DNA of 64,000 bases, from positions 186,001-250,000 of the IMG/VR virus record IMGVR_UViG_3300034072_000926; one strand, given 5' to 3'. Positions 29,833 through 37,408 of the stretch are shown here, in pieces. Position 1 is the stretch's first letter, and each line of letters starts with the position of its first letter. Both the position numbers and the translations under genes were made by a program. Below the pieces are notes generated by a model. It was not told where the DNA came from. It saw only the letters and a program-made list of their open reading frames with translations, and did no database searches.

Positions 29833-30282
29833 ATGCGCCGCGCACTTCTTATGACAGGTATTGCTGCAGGAACGGCAATTCTATTTACTGTTGGACTTCT
29901 GACGTCTCCTAACAAAGACGAGAAACTCAAACAACATATGGACAAAGTCCGAGCGATCGCGTTGTGCCAAAAGGGCTACGAGATCGCGAGTTCCTTCCCG
30001 TCCTATGCGAGTCGAAATGTTCAGGACGTTGATCTCAAAATTGCCCTTGTGAATAGGGCTGATTCCCTAGAAGCAAAGAGCAAGGAACTTGAACTGCTCC
30101 TCACTGAGGACTTTAAGCAAGAAGCCAAAGACCTTGGCCTGGATAGTATTACCTATGATGCACAATTGGCTAGCATCATAAGTGAGGCAGAAGTTCAGGC
30201 TGTCATGGCTTTCCAGCAGACTGAGGAACCCCTAGAGGTCCTCAGCCAGCTGGATGAAGTTTGCCAATCCATTACCGAATAA
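29833..30282 (+). CDS. Hypothetical exported/membrane-anchored protein
   Basis: GAGGA RBS, ATG at 29833, hydrophobic N-terminus. Confidence 0.55.
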   Translation: MRRALLMTGIAAGTAILFTVGLLTSPNKDEKLKQHMDKVRAIALCQKGYEIASSFPSYASRNVQDVDLKIALVNRADSLEAKSKELELLLTEDFKQEAKDLGLDSITYDAQLASIISEAEVQAVMAFQQTEEPLEVLSQLDEVCQSITE

Positions 30283-30850
30283 CCGCGTTACCCTCAGCAT
30301 CAATGCTCAGGGTGCCACGCTTGACCCGCAGAGAACCCTTGGTCGCCGGATGATCAGGGGTTTCTCGCGTTGAGAAGCCAGTCTGACAATCCATGTGGTT
30401 GACATAATAGGTTTTACCCTTAGCCTTCACAACCCACATCGGCACGAAGTCGTATTCGATGGATTTCTTATTAAAGTGGAAGTCGATGTTCTTGGATTCG
30501 ACCTCGAGGGGATATTCCTTCTTCTGCTCCTCAATACCCTTACGCATGTTCCTAATGTTCTGCCAGTGAATCTTAGCTTCCTCGAGAACAGTGAGCAGCT
30601 TGCGGGCAGTGACACGCTTGTAATGGTGCTCGCTCTGACGACGGGCTAGAGCCGTTGCAATCTCGTCATAGATTTCATCACGACCATCTTCATCCCAGGC
30701 AGATTCCAGTCGACGAGACAAGTCCTTGATCTTTTTGCGGTTATGCCGAATGTCCAGGCTGGCGTAAGCATAGAGCTTACGCCATTCCGAACGCCACGCC
30801 ATATAGCCCTGATAGTCCTTGAAATTGGGCTTCATACCATGAACGCTCAT
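30272..30850 (-). CDS. Hypothetical protein (N-terminal half paralogous to the next gene)
   Basis: AAGGAGG RBS; 'F..YQGYMAWRSEWRKLY...DIR'. Confidence 0.6.
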   Translation of the reverse strand: MSVHGMKPNFKDYQGYMAWRSEWRKLYAYASLDIRHNRKKIKDLSRRLESAWDEDGRDEIYDEIATALARRQSEHHYKRVTARKLLTVLEEAKIHWQNIRNMRKGIEEQKKEYPLEVESKNIDFHFNKKSIEYDFVPMWVVKAKGKTYYVNHMDCQTGFSTRETPDHPATKGSLRVKRGTLSIDAEGNAVIR

Positions 30851-30860
30851 CTGGACCTCC

Positions 30861-31115
30861 TTAGGCTTCAACGGCAGCAGCGAGCTGCTCGTTCTTGAAG
30901 GTCTTGGCTGCTTCCAGTTCCAACATGAGGTTGTTGGCCTTGCGACGCAGCAGATGCAGGCTATACTGCTCGCTCGAAACGTCCTTGCCCTTCATGGAAG
31001 CCATAACCTTCTTGAGGTCACGGATCTCCTGCGAGATCTGTGCATACTTGAAGCGCCATGCTGCACGGTAGACCAGGTAGGTTTCACGCGAATTGAAATC
31101 GAAAGTATAAGTCAT
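30861..31115 (-). CDS. Hypothetical helical protein
   Basis: GGAGGAG RBS, ATG at 31115; 'FNSRETYLVYRAAWRFKY...EIR'. Confidence 0.65.
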   Translation of the reverse strand: MTYTFDFNSRETYLVYRAAWRFKYAQISQEIRDLKKVMASMKGKDVSSEQYSLHLLRRKANNLMLELEAAKTFKNEQLAAAVEA

Positions 31116-31417
31116 TAGATTGCTCCTCCAAAAGTCAGTTTGAAAAGTAGGGCGGTGTCGTGGTTCTCGAAATACCATTTGTCACCACCGCCGTTGTGCC
31201 AAAAGCTACCATTGTGTTCATTACACCAGGGCATCATCTCAGAGGTTTTCTCTTTGACAGTTACCGTGGTGCATTCAGGCCAAGCTTCACGAAGCCTCTT
31301 GCTCCAATGCTTGTCTCGGGTTGAGACTCCTACTGGTTGGCAAAACTTCATACCGCATTCACGCCATGCCTTGATGTAGGCTTGGGTTGCGATAGTTTGA
31401 GCTGTTTTGAAATCCAT
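31115..31417 (-). CDS. Small 'FKL-tail' family protein
   Basis: C-terminal FENHDTALLFKLTFGG. Confidence 0.6.
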   Translation of the reverse strand: MDFKTAQTIATQAYIKAWRECGMKFCQPVGVSTRDKHWSKRLREAWPECTTVTVKEKTSEMMPWCNEHNGSFWHNGGGDKWYFENHDTALLFKLTFGGAI

Positions 31418-31420
31418 CGG

Positions 31421-31879
31421 TCACTCCACTGCGCTGAAACGCTTGGTGATCGCATGTGCCTGTTCGCGGGTGCAAGGGCCAATACCCAGGGCAGTCACGA
31501 TGGGCGAACCATCGAACTCGGTGCCGGGGATAATGTGGTTCTTGTCCACGATGAGGGAAGTGATCAGACCAGCAGCCTGGGCCTCTTCGTAAGCGCGCTG
31601 GATAGCGGCTTCGTTCTTGGCCTTGAGGATGACTTGGGTGCCGATGAAGTCCGGGCCCTGGTAAACACGCAGGAGTTCCGGTTCGCGCCGACTAGCGAGA
31701 AGCACACAATTCTTGGCCGCATGACAAGCCTGGCTTGCCAGCTTACCGGGCTTCATAGCCAGGTCGCCTCGAATGATGCTATAGATGCGAAGCTTTTCAG
31801 AGGCAGCTTCGAAGGCCTCGTCGTCATTATCCGCTTCGTAGCGAGCAATGGCTTCCTACAAGAACGAGTTCGTCAGCAT
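31421..31879 (-). CDS. pth2: Peptidyl-tRNA hydrolase type 2 (Pth2) with in-frame amber codon at codon 8 (31856-31858)
   Basis: 'IIRGDLAMKPGKLASQACHAA...VILKA...LIVD...TALGIGP' is Pth2. The ORF-track start (31756) truncates the conserved first strand. The in-frame ATG at 31879 follows the RBS AGAAAGGA and reads MLTNSFL*EAIARYE. Confidence 0.8.
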
Positions 31880-31919
31880 TTGCAGTCCTTTCTATTTGCG
31901 TCCAACATCGGACGTCCTC

Positions 31920-31947
31920 AACATAAGACACTTTTAGGATGTGTCAA
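31920..31947 (-). promoter_or_regulatory. Sigma70-like promoter of pth2
   Basis: TTGACA-N16-TATGTT. Confidence 0.55.
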
Positions 31948-31961
31948 CACTTAAATTGAAA

Positions 31962-32300
31962 TTATTTTGCCTCGGTTTCTTTCAAGGCTTCAATCTCTTC
32001 CCTGGTGTAATATTTCGTCGTATCAGGGCTAGTACAACCATGTGGACTATGGTATTTCATTTTCCACATCAATGCACCTTTCTCAGTTGGAAAGATAACC
32101 TCCAATGCAGGACCTTCCCAACGTCCGCCCCAAGCCTCAATATCAGCAAGGACTTCTGGCTTTAGATCAGGTGTAAACTTATCAGCCCAGTGACCTATAA
32201 TCAAACCTTCTTTCCAGAGGTTGATCGTGCCATACCCGAAATGATGTTCCGTTGGTTCATCATCGTTTATGCCATTCCAGGTATAATAGGTCATCGCCAC
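31962..32300 (-). CDS. Small 'FKL-tail' family protein (divergent)
   Basis: FPTEKGALMWKMKY. Confidence 0.55.
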   Translation of the reverse strand: MAMTYYTWNGINDDEPTEHHFGYGTINLWKEGLIIGHWADKFTPDLKPEVLADIEAWGGRWEGPALEVIFPTEKGALMWKMKYHSPHGCTSPDTTKYYTREEIEALKETEAK

Positions 32301-32623
32301 CTCAGCTTAAACATCATCGCATCGCGCGAATGGCTAAACACCACACCGACACTATACGAGCAACCTGTCTCCCAGCCAACTTTCTTCCACTCGCCATGCT
32401 TGACATTTTCCTTACACCATTCCTCAACAGGAATGAATGTGGACCAGGAAAAGCCTAGCATCTTGACCAGATACCAGTTCGGGAACTTCTTATGGATTGA
32501 TTCGACGAAATCTCCGTCTTCCCATTCGTCTTCTTCGAATAGGTTTGAGGTCTCCACGTCTTCGGAAATTTGGCCATCGTGGTAACCGAGATCGTCCCAC
32601 AGCCAGGTAACATCATTATTCAT
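32291..32623 (-). CDS. Small 'FKL-tail' family protein
   Basis: VEEWCKEN...FSHSRDAMMFKLRWR; GGAGGA RBS. Confidence 0.65.
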   Translation of the reverse strand: MNNDVTWLWDDLGYHDGQISEDVETSNLFEEDEWEDGDFVESIHKKFPNWYLVKMLGFSWSTFIPVEEWCKENVKHGEWKKVGWETGCSYSVGVVFSHSRDAMMFKLRWR

Positions 32624-32705
32624 TATATCCTCCAGTCAGTAATGTTGTTGAAACATTCTGTGGAGGAGGGCCTCGTTGGACCTAGTGATGCTTATTCGTG
32701 TTCAT
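32616..32705 (-). promoter_or_regulatory. Leader ORF MNTNKHH*(TAG)VQRGPPPQ... with anti-SD hairpin; putative amber-responsive translational attenuator
   Basis: ATG lies 7 nt after the -10 box, with TAG at codon 8. The read-through frame ends at TAA overlapping the ATG at 32623. TCCTCCA pairs with the SD TGGAGGA. Confidence 0.55.
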
Positions 32706-32712
32706 GTAACTA

Positions 32713-32741
32713 CTTATAAGACACTAGGTCCGCAGAGTCAA
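32713..32741 (-). promoter_or_regulatory. Sigma70-like promoter (leaderless leader-ORF transcript)
   Basis: TTGACT-N17-TATAAG. Confidence 0.6.
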
Positions 32742-32743
32742 AA

Positions 32744-33187
32744 TTAAATCAGTTCCTGATCGGCCGCAGCATTCAGAATACCGCGATAGACCCGCATGTT
32801 GGGACGATACGGTCCACTGGCGCTGAAATAGCGCATATCGTCCCCGTTGAAGATCTTGTCCAACGCAGCAGCGACCGCAGCACTCCTGCACTGTCCCATG
32901 AGACAATGAACGTATAAGACGCTCACATCCTTCTCTACCATTTCGTGATAGAAATCCAGGACTTGCTTGGCATGATCATCATCGAACAGGATACGGGTTT
33001 CCTCTTCGGGTTCCCCGTTCTTATACTGATCAATGTCGTGGAACTGTAGGTTCAGCCTACCCATGAGGTATTCATTCTCATGGATAGTGGGAAACTCGCC
33101 CTTCTCACAGATGCTGACTACTGCCCAAGGCTTCTCGGGCGGATTGGCAACTTCCATGATGGCTCGGCTATATACTACAAACTTCAT
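32744..33187 (-). CDS. Protein-tyrosine/dual-specificity phosphatase-like protein
   Basis: Cx5R motif HCLMGQCRSAAVA, plus 'FHDID' and 'PNMRV'. Confidence 0.8.
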   Translation of the reverse strand: MKFVVYSRAIMEVANPPEKPWAVVSICEKGEFPTIHENEYLMGRLNLQFHDIDQYKNGEPEEETRILFDDDHAKQVLDFYHEMVEKDVSVLYVHCLMGQCRSAAVAAALDKIFNGDDMRYFSASGPYRPNMRVYRGILNAAADQELI

Positions 33188-33537
33188 GCACCAGTTTTAT
33201 TCTGTTCTGGAGCACCTGTCAACTTCTTAAAAGCTTCGACTTCCCTGTCGAGAATTTCGAGAGCAATAGGAATATCTGCGCCTGCAACTCGAATGTCGAA
33301 AAAGCCCCAATGACATTCATCGTCGCCGTCCGAATCGTAGCACTGATATTCAGTGCCGGTCTTCTCGTCGAGGAAATGGTTATCCAGAGAATACCAGAGA
33401 TCTTCATCAATAGCACCGACTGGAATTTTGATGCGACATGTGAGCTCGATGATAGGTTTCTCGGCATCATGCACGAAAATCCAATCGGTCGGGACAACCA
33501 GCTTAGAATCCCGAACCAAGATCGCAAAGATGCTCAT
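33184..33537 (-). CDS. Hypothetical acidic protein
   Basis: ORF with ATGA overlaps on both sides. Confidence 0.55.
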   Translation of the reverse strand: MSIFAILVRDSKLVVPTDWIFVHDAEKPIIELTCRIKIPVGAIDEDLWYSLDNHFLDEKTGTEYQCYDSDGDDECHWGFFDIRVAGADIPIALEILDREVEAFKKLTGAPEQNKTGA

Positions 33538-34334
33538 TCGTCACTGCCATTTGCGTGACGAGTGACATGCAGAGCGTTATCGGCCTGATACTTCTCGACC
33601 TGCTGCCAATTGTAGATGCAGCGATCCAGACCGATGGCAATCTCGAGCACAAGTGCGTCCTTCTCAACAAGACCTTTCTTGCTCTGGAACTTCAGCTTCT
33701 CAGGGAAATCAGTTCGCAGGCTGATGCTGCAAACTTCCATCCACTTGTCACCGTTCCAGACTTCAACGTCCATCGTCTTCAGCGAATAGGCCGGCAGACG
33801 ATCCGACTCAACAAGACGGGTCGGTAAATGAACCATAGAGGCGATCATCTTCCGAACGGGTTCGAGGATCGCAGCATGATAGTCGTTCGCTGTGTCTGCA
33901 CTGTAGATGCACTGGAACTCTTGCTGGTAGAACTCCTTAAGGCGCATGTGCTTGGTCGGCTGCACGATTTCCCGACGGAAGCTCTTACCCGCCTGCCAAA
34001 CCACAAAGGGCGGGGAAACGCCAAGATGGTTGTTGAGCAGGTATTGCGCGTAGGCATAGCTACCGGGAGTGGTTTCGGGTCGCAGCGTCAACGGCGCTTC
34101 GCCGGACATGGCCGGGACCTGCTGATCCCATACATCCTCAGATGTGTAGTTGACATTGAGTAGATCACGCGGAGTGAGTAACGGGGCCTCGACGAAATGG
34201 AACTTCCACTGCGGGTTCAAGGCCAGCAATGCGTTTTGAATGGTCCGAGCAAAATAGTCCCGGAAGGTTTCGCGAAGGCGGATCTCTTCCTCATTCCAGA
34301 AGACCAGACCATTGATGTTATAGGGATTCTGCAT
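33534..34334 (-). CDS. Class II aminoacyl-tRNA synthetase catalytic domain, GlyRS (alpha2-type)-like, lacking an anticodon-binding domain
   Basis: LRPETT, QAGKSFRRE (motif 2), RLKEFYQQEFQ, PAYS..TMDVE, WMEVCSISLRTDF, VLEIAIGLDR (motif 3). The protein ends about 25 aa after motif 3. Likely start MQNPYN at 34334. Confidence 0.75.
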   Translation of the reverse strand: MQNPYNINGLVFWNEEEIRLRETFRDYFARTIQNALLALNPQWKFHFVEAPLLTPRDLLNVNYTSEDVWDQQVPAMSGEAPLTLRPETTPGSYAYAQYLLNNHLGVSPPFVVWQAGKSFRREIVQPTKHMRLKEFYQQEFQCIYSADTANDYHAAILEPVRKMIASMVHLPTRLVESDRLPAYSLKTMDVEVWNGDKWMEVCSISLRTDFPEKLKFQSKKGLVEKDALVLEIAIGLDRCIYNWQQVEKYQADNALHVTRHANGSDE

Positions 34335-34342
34335 AATGGGCC

Positions 34343-34852
34343 TTACTGGTTGAGAATGAAGATGAAGGAAACAACTGCCATCATAACACCGCCCCAGAAG
34401 AATGGGCTCTTCAGCAGCGCGGGCTTGATATCTGGGATAGCGATGGGTTCTGGTTCCGGCCTCGGTTCCCGAACATTTCTGAGCCCGAGGAAGGCTTGCC
34501 ATTCCCATTCCGAAGAAGGCCGGTCATTGTTGTTCGTACTAGCCGCACCAGCATAGCCGATATACAGGCCTTCGCTGGCCGCCCATGTCCTCAGCTCTTC
34601 CCATACGGGCTGATATGCAGATTTCTCATCTTCCATATCCCATCGAGAACCATAGCAGGGCATTTCGAAGAGATGCCGGATAGCCTTTGGGGCAGTCACT
34701 GGCGCATATTCACTGCCGTGCTTTACTGCCTCTTGTAGGGCTTCGAGCAAGGTGGACTTTACGAAGAACCGAAGGAGGTCTGCATTCTCCTTCAGTTCAT
34801 TATGGATGGCTTCGCGCTTGGTCTTGCGAAGATCATCTGCGAGCGTTGCCAT
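34343..34852 (-). CDS. Hypothetical protein with C-terminal transmembrane anchor
   Basis: Hydrophobic C-terminal 'PFFWGGVMMAVVSFIFIL'. Confidence 0.6.
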   Translation of the reverse strand: MATLADDLRKTKREAIHNELKENADLLRFFVKSTLLEALQEAVKHGSEYAPVTAPKAIRHLFEMPCYGSRWDMEDEKSAYQPVWEELRTWAASEGLYIGYAGAASTNNNDRPSSEWEWQAFLGLRNVREPRPEPEPIAIPDIKPALLKSPFFWGGVMMAVVSFIFILNQ

Positions 34853-36171
34853 TAGTCTTCAATCCTCAAGTGATCTGCCTTGTATTCAGCTTCGAAGACA
34901 TCCTTATAGGTTTTGATGATTAGAATCAATACCGCAGGATACAGGAAGGTGGACAGAAGGACATTGCCGACCACAATAGCCTCGAAGAGTTCCAGGTATT
35001 CAAAGTCCCTGGGAATCATATGCAACATGAGCAGCGAGAACGCACCCTTCACACCGGCAGCAGTCAATACCTTCCACCAATGCAGCGGGATGGTCACAAC
35101 TTTATCAGTCCGCTGACTCATCCAAGCAAACCCGCCCAACATGACCATTCGAATGATCGTCGAACCTACGAATACTGCCATGATCTCGCCCCAATACTTC
35201 ACAAGCAACTGGAGATTGATCAGATTAGCCATCGTAATGAACAAGACCGTCGAGGCAATGATTGCAATGAACTGGATGTTACCGATGACGACTTGATAGG
35301 CATAGGAATCCTTGATCATGTTGTCGAAACGAGGAATGATCTTCCCAATGGTCCGACCACGTTCGCCAGTGTCCTCAACAGCATTCTCGAGTTCACTCGA
35401 TAGTCGCTTGGTGATGATATTGTTGGCGAAGAGGATCGCAACGATAACAGCAAAGATGCCAGAAGCATGATAGTGTTCAGCAATCGCGAACGCGCCTAGG
35501 GCCATGAGCAGGACAATCATCGTCTCAGTCATTGCATCGTGGATATAACGCAGAGCAATAAGACCCACGTAACCAACGACCAGACCAATGCCAAGTGCGC
35601 CGACGACCATCTTGACCGCGTAGAGGGTGGGGTTATCCGCTACATGCTCGGGGCCATGACCCATATAGACTAGCGCGATACTGAATACAATCAGGGCACT
35701 TGCGTCGTTGAACAAACTCTCACCCTCTGCGAGGACTTTGAGATTGTGAGGCAAATGCGACCGACCGAACACCGCAGAGACCGAAACTGGATCCGTTGCA
35801 AGGATCATACAGAACAATGCTGCGACCGCCGGGGCCGTCAGATGGTAGTCAGGTAGAATGTGTCGATTGACCATGATTGCAAGGCCGACCGAAAGGACGA
35901 TCATAATGCCTGCAATGTAGAACAAGCTTAGGGCATTGCGCTTGAGCTCATCCCAGCGGAGCATCATAGCGTCAACGCATATCAGGATGGGAAGCATGAG
36001 GAAGACCAGATGGTCAAATGTTTGATCACTAATCTCGATGGGACGATGCCCGGAAAGTGAAACCAGAACCACCGAGGCGATAATTGTTATCGGGGTGGGA
36101 ACGCCTAGCTTTTGCTGGACGAAAAGAGCCGTAGCGGCTATGAGCACAACAAAGATAGCTAGTTCTAGCAT
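34852..36171 (-). CDS. CPA1-family Na+(K+)/H+ antiporter (NhaP-like)
   Basis: Many hydrophobic helices; ATDPVSV and EGESLFNDA motifs. Confidence 0.9.
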   Translation of the reverse strand: MLELAIFVVLIAATALFVQQKLGVPTPITIIASVVLVSLSGHRPIEISDQTFDHLVFLMLPILICVDAMMLRWDELKRNALSLFYIAGIMIVLSVGLAIMVNRHILPDYHLTAPAVAALFCMILATDPVSVSAVFGRSHLPHNLKVLAEGESLFNDASALIVFSIALVYMGHGPEHVADNPTLYAVKMVVGALGIGLVVGYVGLIALRYIHDAMTETMIVLLMALGAFAIAEHYHASGIFAVIVAILFANNIITKRLSSELENAVEDTGERGRTIGKIIPRFDNMIKDSYAYQVVIGNIQFIAIIASTVLFITMANLINLQLLVKYWGEIMAVFVGSTIIRMVMLGGFAWMSQRTDKVVTIPLHWWKVLTAAGVKGAFSLLMLHMIPRDFEYLELFEAIVVGNVLLSTFLYPAVLILIIKTYKDVFEAEYKADHLRIED

Positions 36172-36209
36172 CTACTTTCCTATTCTGTTTGACCTCATAA
36201 AATGTTGAG

Positions 36210-36282
36210 CGCGCCTAGCGAGGCTCGAACTCGCGACCCGCGGATTTAGAGTCCGCTGCTCTACCAACTGAGCTATAAGCGC
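36210..36282 (-). tRNA. Amber-suppressor tRNA (anticodon CUA), tRNA-Gly-like body, no encoded CCA
   Basis: Minus strand GCGCTTA-TA-GCTC-AGTTGGTA-GAGC-A-GCGGA-CTCTAAA-TCCGC-GGGTC-GCGAG-TTCGAGC-CTCGC-TAGGCGC-G gives a complete cloverleaf with a 7-nt loop CT-CTA-AA. Confidence 0.92.
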
Positions 36283-36293
36283 ATGTAACCTTT

Positions 36294-36752
36294 TTAGGAC
36301 TTATTCTCCAGCCTGTCAAGACGTTCCATGATTTCTCGGAGAAGTTCTACCTGCTCCCTGGATTGATTCTTGAGAAGTTCCTGTTCCTCGTGCGTGAATG
36401 CATCGCTGTTGACGATCAGATGTGCGGCAAACTTAGCCGTGATGATCGGTGCGATGATAAAGGTGCAAACGTGCATGAACACGCCTGCAAGAAACTTGCT
36501 CCAGGGATGCGTGGGAAACATATCCCCGTATCCAACAGTGGTCGCTGTCACGGTCGCCCACCAAAAGCTGTCAGTGATGTCCTTGCCTTCGATGAAGCTG
36601 AACATAAGAGCAGCTATGGTCATGATCAGGCCATATGCAATTGCAAGGCTTATGACCCGATTGAACAGTTTCTGCATCAGCGTCAATTCTTGACCAGCCC
36701 CGGCTGCGGCGGTCCACAAATCACTACCGGCTTGTTCGATCTTTCTACGCAT
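36294..36752 (-). CDS. Two-TM potassium channel (KcsA-like)
   Basis: Selectivity filter TATTVGYGD flanked by two TM helices. Confidence 0.9.
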   Translation of the reverse strand: MRRKIEQAGSDLWTAAAGAGQELTLMQKLFNRVISLAIAYGLIMTIAALMFSFIEGKDITDSFWWATVTATTVGYGDMFPTHPWSKFLAGVFMHVCTFIIAPIITAKFAAHLIVNSDAFTHEEQELLKNQSREQVELLREIMERLDRLENKS

Positions 36753-36814
36753 AAGAATACCTCCTACACCACTCTCGTAGCATAGGAGGTTTCTTTGTCA
36801 ACCAGTATTAGCGA

Positions 36815-37408
36815 TTAGTTGAGTTCGCTATACTGGCTGGCCATCTTGTCCGACATTGCCTGGAGCATGCCGTGGATGCCCTTGTAGATGGTCGTGAACA
36901 CACGGTAGAGGAAATCACCGAAGAACGTGCCGATGATCGACCAGGGCCAGAACACCATCCAGGTCGTCACGCGACCCTTGTTGTAGCGCACCATACGAGT
37001 GTTGTTGATGTCCAGGTAAGACACATCACGACGCTTGTTGAATTCATCCCGCACCGCCGGATCGGCGGGGAAATCATTCAGTCCCTTTTCCTTCAAGAAG
37101 GCCGAACGCAGTTCGTCATACTTCTCGAACAGTGCCGGCAGGAAGAACGCACGCCATTTGACGATAGCCCAGAGGCCGGCGATCACGAAATAGCCGATGA
37201 CTCCGTAGAGGACGTAGATCGGATGTTCCTTGACCGTTGCAATGATCGGCGTAGTCGTGAAGGCCAGGATGACACCGATTCCGACCAGCGAGGTCAGAAT
37301 TGCATAGCCGGTCTTTTCCTGACTAACCTGCCCGGCGAGGACCAGGGTGAGCAGCGCGATGAGGCTCCAGAACAGGACGCCTCCAAATTCAATAAAACTA
37401 TAAATCAT
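36815..37408 (-). CDS. Hypothetical membrane protein
   Basis: Several hydrophobic segments. Confidence 0.65.
   Translation of the reverse strand: MIYSFIEFGGVLFWSLIALLTLVLAGQVSQEKTGYAILTSLVGIGVILAFTTTPIIATVKEHPIYVLYGVIGYFVIAGLWAIVKWRAFFLPALFEKYDELRSAFLKEKGLNDFPADPAVRDEFNKRRDVSYLDINNTRMVRYNKGRVTTWMVFWPWSIIGTFFGDFLYRVFTTIYKGIHGMLQAMSDKMASQYSELN

Noticed and set aside
33534-34508. 324-aa version of the synthetase ORF, and similarly extended starts at 27689, 25492, 51463, 52004, 61472, 62563 and 29704
   Set aside because: The extensions overlap upstream genes or promoters; internal ATGs with RBS or stop-start coupling fit better.
36210-36282. Reading the tRNA as tRNA-Arg(TCT) or a pyrrolysine tRNA
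   Set aside because: The 5-bp stem GCGGA/TCCGC fixes a 7-nt loop centred on CTA. The D-loop, variable loop and T-loop are canonical, unlike tRNA-Pyl, and no pyl genes are seen.
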